Positions 24,601 through 36,035 of a DNA stretch of 64,000 nucleotides are shown piece after piece; positions within the stretch are counted from its first letter, which is position 1, and every line of letters begins with the position of its first letter. Source of the DNA: Balanoglossus misakiensis. Its lineage: Eukaryota; Animalia; Hemichordata. A program made the translations under genes and the position numbers. The stretch lies in NCBI GenBank assembly GCA_040954595.2, contig CM082584.2:7397919-7461918 (forward strand), in the 5' to 3' direction. The notes beneath the pieces are model-generated. The model ran no database searches. It had not been told where the DNA came from and saw nothing but the letters and a program-made list of their open reading frames with translations.

Positions 24601-27600
24601 TGCGAATGACAGCTGACATAGACACGTCAGTTTAGTCACTGAGATGTAAGAATAATATCAGGATGAGAGGAAATCAAACGCCATCTTTTTTGTGTCATCT
24701 TCAGTGTTCAAAAGACTGTCCATGTCTGTTATTCAAAAGTAGTAAAAAATCTCGAAACAATAAATGTTTTATCACGGTGTTAAAGTAAGCCCTTGAGAAT
24801 GTCTATACGAAGGAATTGCGTCAAATCTAGCACAGTTAAATTAAATGAGTTATTGCTTTGAATGTAACGAGGGTGGTTTGAATAACGGTTCGGAATTGAA
24901 GAATGTTAGGTCTAAACGAGTCACGGTGCGACGCATGGGTCTTTCATTCTCGCGTGTCAGGACTTTTTGGTTAAATTTCTTTTTTTTCTGTAGACAGGAG
25001 AGAAATTGCCCTCATTTTACGCCGGTTACAATGGTATTGGTAAATTTGGCTTCCATTTCAAACCACAAGAATAAGCAGCCAGCCAGGTCACGGGTTCTTC
25101 GGTTCACCAGCACAGCCATGCAAATATATGCATTGCGCGCGCGATGAATGAGTGTCCAAGTGCTAAAAGCATCAGAATTCGTGACGTCATCAACGAAATC
25201 GGAGGCTCGGCTGTTGCGTGTGCCACCAAGCACGCAAAGAATGCACGCAGGGTGGCAGATTCAATGATAAAAGTTAATTTTTGTTCTTTTTGGGGTTATT
25301 CATTCTAAAAATACAGCAAGTATCAAAACGCTTGACCGTACCGTGGAAAGATAAGCTATAGTATAACCGACCGTACATGAAGTTAACGTTGCACATTTGT
25401 AATTCATCATATACATACACGTAGTTTTTTTACTCCCCCCCCCTCCACTCTCTGTGTCTCCACCTTAGTCTTTCTGTCTCGAATGACTGGCCGACCGTTC
25501 ACTCTACAATCCAAGGCGAGGTAAGGAAGCTCTTCTATGTTTTTTCAGCGATTAAGATACCATAAATTGACTCCTCGCCAAGCTGAAAAATGTGCGCATG
25601 TATCGGTAATATTTACCCTATCGTTAATGCATATGCATTACATACATACGTCTTGTGTCGAAGGAATACCTTTATTTGAACGTTGCTGGCGCTGCAGTTA
25701 GTCACCCCATTCCCTTGGTCGACATTCTGAGTTTTGTCTGTTTACAAGCCAGTCCGCCACAGGAGTCAATGAGCGGTCATTTCAAATGAAAGTGGGACAC
25801 CTACCACGAATAACAACAGCGGACAAACAGCTAGTGAAATGACACCGAATATGAAGCAAAGGTATCGCATTGAGAAAAAATAAAAATAGGCCTATCAAAT
25901 CTCAACCATGATGACCTGTCCTTCGCCTCCACGTCATCTGAGACGAATATACCTAACGGGGATGTCAGGTATACCAGTCCCAGACGTATTCGAATTTTCA
26001 TACCACTGTCGGACGTCACCACCACTGCATGGTGAAATGCGTATTACGGCCAAATTTGATTTCTGTATATCATTCAGCTTTTTGCTGCAGCTTGTACCGC
26101 ATTAATGCAGCGGTAATCCTACTGCATTTGTTCTGTAATACATGTACATGTTCTTCACACAAGCCGACAACGTTCATACAGTGCACTGCTATCTTGCCCT
26201 GTAGCGATTGCCTTTGACAGTCAATGGCCTGTACTCACGAGAGAGAGAAATCGCCGCAATAACGCCAGGGCTGGTGCATGCATTAGAAACTTAACGAGGG
26301 TAATGAAGATAATTGGTCGTTTCATTTAACGTTAATAGGTCCTTAACCATGCGGACAGTGCGACACAGACTATATTACAGAGCTTATAAAACTGCAATGA
26401 GACACTCACTAAAACGCGCAGGTCTGAATTCATGAATACATGAACGTCGTTCCAGTTGAATCTTTGACTCCGTGCCAGGGCGATGGTATGGTGACTAAGC
26501 GAGGTCTGAAAGAATGTTGTACTGAGCTTAAACATTCATGTCGGGTCATAAACTCTGCTCGGTTGTTTGGCCGACAGTACATATAAATGTCTAAACAGTT
26601 CCCGCCGCCTGGTACTCTCTGGTACTTTCAACTCCACGAGGAATCATCTCGGTAGGGTGTCCGTGCTTGCCGTCATGTCCAAGAGATCAAGACACTTTTC
26701 ATAGTTACTGTTTTCAAATTCAAATGTCTCTACAAGTGACGTGTGTTGAGTAAGCCTCCTCCTCAGAGGCTGTTTGTCTGTCCGCCCGTCCGTCCGCCAG
26801 TCTGTGTGTCGCCCTTCTCTCTCTCCCCCTCTCTCTCTTTTCCTTTCTCTCACTCACTCACTTCGGCATGTATTTAATTGACCTGTGAAATTAATCACAT
26901 GCCCGAGTTTCCTTTGGCGCAGAAAAATACTAGGTAACTAGTACATGTATGTGCATGCATAAAAATAAACGCACAAATAATATCCAAAGGGTACTACTAC
27001 TGATAAATACCTTGATTGTTAAAGGGATTTTGACAGATGCAATATATATTTATTCACAATTTAAGTGTCACGACACCCGTATTTCGAACAATTTCAGCAG
27101 ACACATTACTTCCATTGTGGCGTGTCTTCCTTCTGTAATTCGAAGGACCAATGTCTTGGCTGAGTTCACCTTCAAGTAGCCCCCCCCCCCCCCCAACCGC
27201 AGCCGAATTTCCATTAGTGGACGATGGATGAAAGGGCGGCGGAAAACCTTTGTGTCACGGGTGACTGAACGGCTGCTGGTGACTGTTGTATTTGCTCGTT
27301 CACAGCCTCAAGAGATCAACTCAATTACTGCCAATGATGAGATTAAAGTGGACCACAGCGGGAAAAATGCTGAATAGTATTTGTTGTTGTTTTTTGTTTT
27401 GCTTTGTTTAGACTTCTGGCGTTGTCAAGTCAGGCTTTCGGGGCGACGTGTCTCTAACAACCCTTAGGCGGCGACACAAGTCCTGCTCCGGGTTTGATTT
27501 TTATTATACGGGCGATTTAGATGAGTACAAAGATTATCCTATAAACGGGTCAGCCAAGCGGCGTTAGCGGGGAGACCCGAAAGTTGTTAGCGTCCGAGTC

Positions 27601-29293
27601 GTGTGATCAACAGGTGGTTGTGGTCAGTGCCAGATGGTGCATATTTCAAAGGGCTACAAAAGGGCTATCGTCAGGCTAGTGAAATGAATTGAATTGAATC
27701 GATTGGATTTTTTCTGTCAACGAAATAAGACGATAACTAAATACCGTGTGCCATATTGGTTCAATTCTATTTTGGGGCATGTTTCACGTGTGAATCTACC
27801 AGTCCCCCCCCCTCTCTCGCTCGCTCTCTCTCTCTCTCTCTCTTGCTCGATCGCTCATCCACTCTCTCCAAATGAAACGCTGTTTTTCCACAATATATGA
27901 ACAATTCCTCGATATATTTCATGAGTCTTTTACCTGACGGCATGATCAGACGACAGTCATAAAGAAAAAGTACAGGACGAAGTGGTCATGTTGCACGTTT
28001 GCATAATATATGACTGTTATCAAAAAGAATGTTTTTAAATTTCAAATCAAAGCGATAAATACCTAATTCGTCTAAATAGTCAATATAACAAGTATTTTGC
28101 ATGTGCGTGTTGGTTAATTTGTCAAAACACACACAGAATAAATGCACGCAGCCTTGCAATAAATCACAAAATGTGATCGATAAGTTAATGTTTGCATAAG
28201 GACATTCCAAAGTTGAGCGAGATGTCAGGAGGCTTAAACTTCTCGTCGGGGCACACGGCTGCTGGTATCTCAGTGACCCGGGTTGACCCCGAATCTGTTG
28301 ACAGCATAGTGCATCGTGATTCCATGCCAACACCCGAGCAATAATATAAAAGCCGTGTAGTAAACACCTTGCCCTGACTTGTTGGCCAATCGACGAATAC
28401 CTACAGGTATCACGATCGATTAAAACTTGGTATCGAGCCGAGTGCGAGGTCTTAAGTGTAACATGTCGGTTTCAATTTACCGTCAGCTACCTTATTCTAA
28501 AACTAAATCAATTAGTAACAAAGCAAACATGATTGACAAAAAAAATGAGGATTCCGCAAGATGGACAATCAATAAATATATACAGTCAAGCTATTAATCT
28601 TAAAAAAAAACATTTAGAGAGTTCAAATAAGTTCGCTAATAACTGAAATAGAGAAGCTACTTCTACATAGAAACTTTTTTGGGGATGACTGGCTGGTTAG
28701 GTTTAAAAAATTGGACGGAAGTATTAATGGAAACATCTAACCTTCAACGAAATTTCGGACACGTTACATGCAAGTTAATTGACGTGTTGCAAACTATCTA
28801 CGCTATGACGCACCCCCTTTGAATTAAATCGGCCTGTAATGTGTGTATATACATATACGATAAAGTATATCTAAATGAAGGCTTCGTTATTGTCATAGTT
28901 AACATACTTGGCGCGGGTGTCGTAGCTCAAACTGCCGTAGATAAGTGAGGACAATTAGAAGAAAGTCTTAACCTTGTATAACAATGACCTCTTTTACACC
29001 AATTCAGTTAATTTGGAAACGCAATTACACTTTGTCATTTCATTGTTGCCCTCCTCCCTCCGCCCCACCCGAACTACTTTCCCCTATGTTTCGACTTTCT
29101 AAAATCTAATAATTTTGTGATTTCATAACCCTGCAAAAAGTCATAACCCCAATGATTAAGTTGAAGTTTTTTTTTAATTTGATTACTGGCGAGTGCGGCA
29201 GACTGTTCGGAAATCTCGTTCAACGTCTTGTGATTAGTTCCGTGTCCACTTTCTATGGGATTGATGACACTGTACTTGTATAAGGGCACCATC

Positions 29294-29914
29294 TTATTCA
29301 TAGTAGATTCCATGCACCATGGCTACGCAAAACAGCGTCTGACTTGTGTACGTCGAGCAGGCGAAGTTGTCGGTCTCGGTGTCCCAAATTGCGCGGCTGG
29401 CCATCTGCATGCCCTGTCCGCGCTGCGATCCGATGTAGACGTTGACGACGATCTTGTAGCGGTGAAAGTTCATCTGCTTGATGCGGGTCTTGATGAGGTC
29501 GGTCAGGTTCTGCGCCATGATGGCCGACGAGGTGGGGTCGTAGCGGACATCTTTGAGCTCCGCGTTCAGCAGGTTCTGCGTGACTTTCTGCACCCGGTCG
29601 GCGCTGAACTTCTTCTCGTCGTCCGGCTTCAGGCGGAACGTGTTCTCGTACTTCACCTCCATCTTCGGCGCCATCCGCCCGTGGTCGGAGGTGCCGGCGA
29701 CCGACGGCCGGCCGAGGTAGGACAGCCGGCGCCCGAGTCCGACAGCGACGGCCATTGTGCGCGAGAGTTTACGCCATCGGTGGGCCGGGCCCGGTCCCGG
29801 CTGATACGTCTGCCCAGAGCCGGAACTCACCGAGGTCTTCCGCGATGTCACCGACACCCTGCGGGAGGGCTGCGCCTCCAAATGCTGAATGTTTCTTTCA
29901 CTTAAGGCTGCCAT
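29294..29914 (-). CDS. Tctex1-domain dynein light chain (TCTEX1D1/DYNLT5-like), single coding exon, 206 aa
   Basis: YENTFRLKP, RYKIVVNVYIGSQRGQGMQMASRAIWDTETDNFA and LFCVAMVHGIYYE are hallmark Tctex-1 domain motifs, with a long Ser/Arg-rich N-terminal extension. Confidence 0.93.
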   Translation of the reverse strand: MAALSERNIQHLEAQPSRRVSVTSRKTSVSSGSGQTYQPGPGPAHRWRKLSRTMAVAVGLGRRLSYLGRPSVAGTSDHGRMAPKMEVKYENTFRLKPDDEKKFSADRVQKVTQNLLNAELKDVRYDPTSSAIMAQNLTDLIKTRIKQMNFHRYKIVVNVYIGSQRGQGMQMASRAIWDTETDNFACSTYTSQTLFCVAMVHGIYYE

Positions 29915-29920
29915 GGTAAC
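29907..29920 (-). promoter_or_regulatory. RFX X-box-like motif GTTACCATGGCAGC overlapping the Tctex start codon
   Basis: Near-consensus X-box; an additional GTTGCTAC half-site lies at ~30083-30090. Confidence 0.45.
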
Positions 29921-31434
29921 GCTTAATGGTGCCTATCTGCCAAGCATAACACGGGAGCTGTGTAAAATTCCGACACGGGAGCCTGGTAAAATCCACAAAA
30001 CAGACCTTTAAACGCCTTGCCGAATTTGACCGCAATAATACAACCCCACCTACACAGTGCTGGTCAACATGGAGATTTCTTCGTAGCAACCACCTGTTTG
30101 CAGAGCCCCGATTGCTCCTCGCCCTGCGAAAGATCAACATGGAATAGGTTGTCAACATGAATATTCCGAAGTATTTAGGACCGTTTACGGGGTTAAGAGA
30201 TCAGAACGATAAGAGGACAGCGACTTCAACAGTGACTCACGCGTATAGTTAAAAATGTCCAATCTGCATTTATGCATTTATGCTCATGAAAACATATAGT
30301 TAATCTAATCATCGTGGTAATATTGGTAAACATGACTGAAAAGTCAACACATAGGCCTATCGCTATATGTCGATCATAAATTCAAATTGACATTTGACCT
30401 GCATCAAATCTAAAGAAGTTACTTTCGCCCCCCCCCCTCCCCGCCCCGAATTTTGGTAAAGTATCGATATCGATAGACATCAACTAGCAGACTAGTCCCG
30501 AAGACACGATTTCACTATGCACACCACACCATGGTGACAAATTGTATTCCAGTATACCAACCGTACCTGACCTTCAACTTAACCTCGACAACGGTTGATT
30601 CACCGGATTAATACGCAGTACAGTTGTGATGGGTACTACCAGCCAAGAAACTATCACCTGTTCCAAATTCCAACCTATTTTGCATTACAATATCGCGCTG
30701 TTTCCGAATTCGAAGCAACTGACTATACTATTGAATTAGGCAACGCTGGAAAGTGTCCATACCCACTGATAGGCTAATGTGCATCTCTTTTCATAGTACT
30801 TAACGAACCTTTTCAACAACACACAAAAAAGCCCCAAAGACCCATTTCCAAACACAAGCACTGATCAGCTATTATCATGATTATCCTCACTTGGACAAGT
30901 CAGCATCTGTGCCTTATCGCTCGAGGGAATCCATGGTCTGATTCACCCGACCACATATATTATCTCGCTGGAAAAACACGGTCTTGTGTTGATGATAGAC
31001 CCGCTCCAGCTTGTCTGTTTGTTTCCTAACTTGCCTTGGGGCTACAAAATGTTCAGTCAAGTGTTCTGTTTTGCTTTAACCCCCTTCCCCCGAGAAGCTC
31101 TGAGCGACAGTTACTATAGACACACAGAGACAGTGACTGACCGGACACGCCATTTTCTTGTCCGGTCTTGTCTTGTCTGCTGTCTTTCACGGACGGAGGG
31201 CCACTTAGTTCGCGAGAACTGTACTTCCCATGATATATATATCATATAGACGGCATAGTAGGTTAATGACAGGGTAGCTATACTGTCTATGATATACTCC
31301 GCGTTGAATTTTCCATTTATTACCTTTAAAATACCACAGCCACGGTATTTGTTGACTCCAGTGAATCGGAACGCCGTGGCACCTGCTGCAGCTCTCAATC
31401 TACAGGGGGTGCACTTAATTCTCATGGGCTGAAC

Positions 31435-31467
31435 CATAGACCCTATACATGCTATAGAAAATCTATG
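31435..31467. mobile_element. 33-bp palindromic mini-insertion (MITE-like/footprint) with 7-bp target-site duplication
   Basis: GCTGAAC|CATAGAccCTATAcatgcTATAGaaaaTCTATG|GCTGAAC: perfect direct repeats at 31428-31434 and 31468-31474, with CATAGA/TCTATG inverted termini. Confidence 0.7.
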
Positions 31468-34400
31468 GCTGAACTAAATGCCTATTTGTTCCACCTGATA
31501 ATCCCGACTTGCAGCGTGTCTAAAGGATCATTACGTGTAAATAGGGCTGCTGTGAATTGTTAGTCAGGTCAGGTCGTAGTTATCGATCAGTAGCCGTGCA
31601 TTCCAGTCAGTCGCGGTCGTGAAACCGAAGGCACGGTCAAAATGATTCTTGATCGATTTTGACCTGAGATGTGAGGGCTCGGCACGACCTGTAGTTTGAC
31701 CATGGAGGTTCTTGCTCCTGTACCGCCACGGTTTGGCCTTTGAAAGACTACTGTTTTCTTTGCCAAGTGCAGTGAACTGTGTCCTTAAACTAAGTCGGGG
31801 TTTTCTGACAAGTTCACGTTTTATTCTTCTACAGTGGTTAACGTTCTACCTTCACCGACGAACTTTTAAAATAAAACGAACACAGACCTATCGACGTAAA
31901 CGGTCAGGTCTGTGGACACAACTGCAACGCATCAACGGTATATGACGTCGATTCATTCTTTTCATGTTTGCGAGCAGATCCCACACCATCACGAATTGTT
32001 CAAAGGATGTCCAGATGTCAAAAGCCTAGTTGTCGAGTACATTCCGCTGAAGTATGGCATAGCCACTCTAATGAAGGCTTGGGTTAATTTCACACTGTGT
32101 CTAAAAGTCAACGCAAAACAACACCGGGTATTTTAACACCGATTTGATACACATGTTGACTTCAATAACAATTACCCCGGCTTCAGTTTGTATTTGCACT
32201 GGAAGAACAGAAAATTGGCCGCATTATTCTCATGGTTATTTTGACTCCATAACATCACAAGCCCAATAGAAACAAACCGTGAAAATATTGAACTTACATT
32301 GTTCTACCATAACGCCAAAGGAACGCGTTTTATCCATATGTATGAGACCGCAATGGATTCGTAAAATGCTGTTGTTTTCAACAAACCTTGTTCGACTGAC
32401 GTCACGAAATCACTTTGGGGACTTTTTGTGTTCAGAGTGAACTAATTCCAACTCACCAGCGTCTTCCAGCGTAATATTCAGCCGAATGGGGATAAAAATT
32501 GTGTGACAAGGCATATAGTGTAACACAGTGAGTGAAAGTCCGCGCCAACACCTCCCGTGGCGATTGCCAACAATGGGCCCGAGCGTATGAATAGCAAGTC
32601 AAAACAGACTCAATGCGTGAAGGGATCGGGAGATGTGGTCTCGGACATTGCGGGGCTTTAACTGTATAAACACCGGCGACGATGTGTCCTTTTCGTCTGG
32701 ACAAGGGTAAATATTGATCTGATTGGCCCCTTGAAGGCCCCGGGTGAAAAGTCCTACTCACCCCGACACAAACAAGCCTTTTTGCACGGAGCACTATATA
32801 ACTAATAGAACTTCAGAGTTTGAGAACTCGATACTTTGGTGGTCGGGCACGTCGCCGAAATGAAAAGTGGTCCGGCTGCCTTGTCTGTCACTGCAAATAC
32901 GTCAAGAGCACCAAAGAACCGAACACGACGACTTACAAAACAACACACACATTTATACGAGAATGCACGGCTAAATGGTTGTGGGTTCATTTCGCGTTTC
33001 AACACTTAGCGGAGGTTGCTATCGCAATCGTCCGGTCGAATTTCGACCCGCCAAGCACCATAGCTATCGCGTTGCACTTTAGAAGTGTCTCGATATATTC
33101 CAGTGGTGAAAGTGGATCTGACTTTATCATAAGCACAAGCAACATCATGTGCGTAATATTGTAACTACGGAACGAATTGAGATTTCATAATTTAGAACCA
33201 ATGTTGTATATGTTACTTTTCCCAAACTCCCTTTTGGCAGCTGGTTGGGAAAGTGTTCCCTATGTATAAGTACGCGTAATCGATTGGTCTACGCCTTTTA
33301 TTACTCTAATCACAGTGGTCTAATTTATTACCCCTTTTGTGTAAATAAGCCGTTTTATGGTTGTAACCTGTGTTACGTTGCTCAACCCTCAGACCTCACC
33401 AGGATAGGTCGGTAAACTCCGGCACGAATACAACGTTTCAAACATACAGGTACAGCACACCAGCGTTACAACGAAATACTGACTAACCCAAAATCCCCTG
33501 TTTACCGCAGGTGGACTAAACGACATGTTTGGCCTTCGACAGTCACCACCAGATACGACGCTCACAAAGTCTGGTACGGTGTTTACCACTCCGTGTAACT
33601 ATATCGTATGAACTTATGAAGGTAGCTCAAAACATACCCATATGCTTGCTACGCGTACCCGTAAATGACACTGCGACACGGTCTCAAAATACACATGGCA
33701 GTGTTGTTTTTTAGGTCGGACATGGATTTCGCCAAATTACTCCAAAAAACACCGACGCGACGTAATCACAACTTCTTAAAACTCACCTTAGAGATGCGCC
33801 CACTTCTAAAGTTTGAAGTTATCACTCCTTAGTACGCGACCCACACAGCTTTGTGGAATCTTAGCGACTGATTATCTGCCCACTGTGTGTAAAGACCTTG
33901 CTACTGAATTGAAGGCGGGGGTACAACTGCGATTCCGAATTTGAATGGTTGCTAGGATGCTCTCGGCGAACTTTGAACTGCTGCACCGGTGACAAACATC
34001 TCGGGTTGAGTTAGCTGGCGATGCGTGTCGACGATATTGCCCACGAACACTGTTTAACCTGTAACGTTGTAATTTTCGACAATAAAACAAGTCTAACGGA
34101 ACGGATTGATGTCGGTGTTGACATCCCGGGGCGAGGCGAGAGGTCTGATTTTATCTTAATATATTCATGAAAAACGCAACACATGGAAAAATTCCCGAGT
34201 GAAAAAAAGTTGGGAATTTCCTTTTAAAATATTAAGCAATCTTTACTGACAATTCTGTCAACACGAGTGGCCATGATTATGGCAAAATTTTAACTAGGCG
34301 CTTCCCGTATGGAAGTTCAAATTTAAAGTTTACTAATCATCTGGGCCAATAGTTTCGACTATTCAAATGCATTGGACTGATCACTCGACTGTTCTGACAC

Positions 34401-36035
34401 TATGGATGGTCAAAGCACTTCAGAGATTCTGTCATTTGTCCGCAGCGATCAGTTCTAACAGATCGTTGACAAAAGTTCAATGATGGGTTTGGGCGAAACA
34501 GGTGCACAAACATAGATGGGTGAAATGTATTAACTGTATGTAGGGCTGGTCGATTATTTTAACGATTTAACACAAACTTAGGATTTTTCATTCATGGTTA
34601 CGTGTGATATTTGTGAACAGTGGCAATCATGCAACAGGTGGTCATCCATTTTGCGTCGGGTGATGTAGCGCCGCCAATGGCATTGTCAGTACATTTACTT
34701 TGTTTTCAGGACAACTAGGTTTGCATTTCATTTATTCATCTCATGGTTATTTTTCACATCAAATAAAATATATTTACAAAACAAATTGAGCAATAAAAAT
34801 TACGAACAAAACTAGGCATATTAAATAAAACTCTGTACTGTAATTTTGTTTTGTTTTGATTTAAAAATCAGATTATATGTAACAAAGGATCAAAGTACTG
34901 TATACAGAGACAGCATTGGTTTTTATTTATATAAGAATTTGTCGATAACTACTTGTGGATTTGAAGTCTGTTTCCATATTCAACTATTAGGGAAATTAAT
35001 TGACCAAGAACTTTTTCAAACGAGTCCTGTGAACTTTGGCCCACATATATTCAAACTCTGACTTTGACAGCTACACGCTGTTTCTACTTTCAATACTTGG
35101 GTGTTTTTTTCACAAGGGTACAAAAGAATTCTGTTCCTGACAATTCATTGGTCTGTGATTGAACTAGTTTTCAGTTTACGGAGTACAAAAAGTAGTGAAC
35201 ATGGTAAATGTAATGTAGCAGATAAATAATTCTTATAAAATAAAGGTCAACTGGCAAGTTCTGGTGTGTTATTTTTGCTCAAAGTTCCTGTGTGTCAAGG
35301 AAACAGCCTCTTTCAAATGAGGAACTTACAGTCATATCACAACCAAGGTAACCCATACCCTGTGTATAAAACCATTAGAAAGCTTAAATATTGTGGAACT
35401 AAGAAAGGTAGTACACAAGTGTCATGTTGGCTCAGATAAAAAACAAAATCGAAGAAATTGATTTGTTCACACTTCCCAGGAAAATGCTACATTATATCTT
35501 GTTAAAATGTGACCATCAGTAAAATCACAGCATCACCTACTTGAAAAATGTGTCTCACTCTGCAATTTTTCATTTCACGCTTGTAAATGATAATCATTCA
35601 AGGCTTTTCCAAATACGGCAACTATGCAGTAAATGCAACGTTGCCAAAATCGTACTTTTTACAATGTTGCAACGTTTGCATGTATAAGTACAAAAATAGC
35701 ATCAAGGATATTGTGATCCCATTCGAACATAATTTGAATGTGGATACATACATGTACACGTATCGTAAATGATTGCTTGGGATAAGGTAGCCTACATTTC
35801 CGCAAGAAATTTGTTTCATGTTGGCGGAGTAGATGCATGCCTACACTCATCCGACAAGTACTGACATGCAGCCACCGGCCTACATGAAACAATTTTTTTT
35901 TTCTACCAATCTCATCTTCTGTATTTGGCTCTAATATTGTATTGAGCACGCTACTCAATATCAAAAATGCCACTTTACAAAAAAAAATGGCAAATCCTCA
36001 CAAATTTTTTGCTGGGGGTGCTGTACAGCTCGTCT

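Noticed and set aside
28911-28945. tRNA-like 5' fragment GGGTGTCGTAGCTCAAACTG
   Set aside because: No B box (GTTCRA), T arm or acceptor-stem complement follows.
29255-29905. 216-aa plus-strand ORF
   Set aside because: Antisense shadow of the Tctex CDS.
31590-31640. Hammerhead ribozyme (GAAAC present)
   Set aside because: No CUGANGA core on either strand in the right position.
22000-35900. Additional protein-coding genes among the many 60-115-aa ORFs; minus-strand donor-like sites at ~32456, ~32760, ~33399 and ~33786
   Set aside because: No recognisable domains or codon bias, and I could not build a phase-consistent exon chain; they may be UTR or lncRNA exons but the sequence alone cannot support that.
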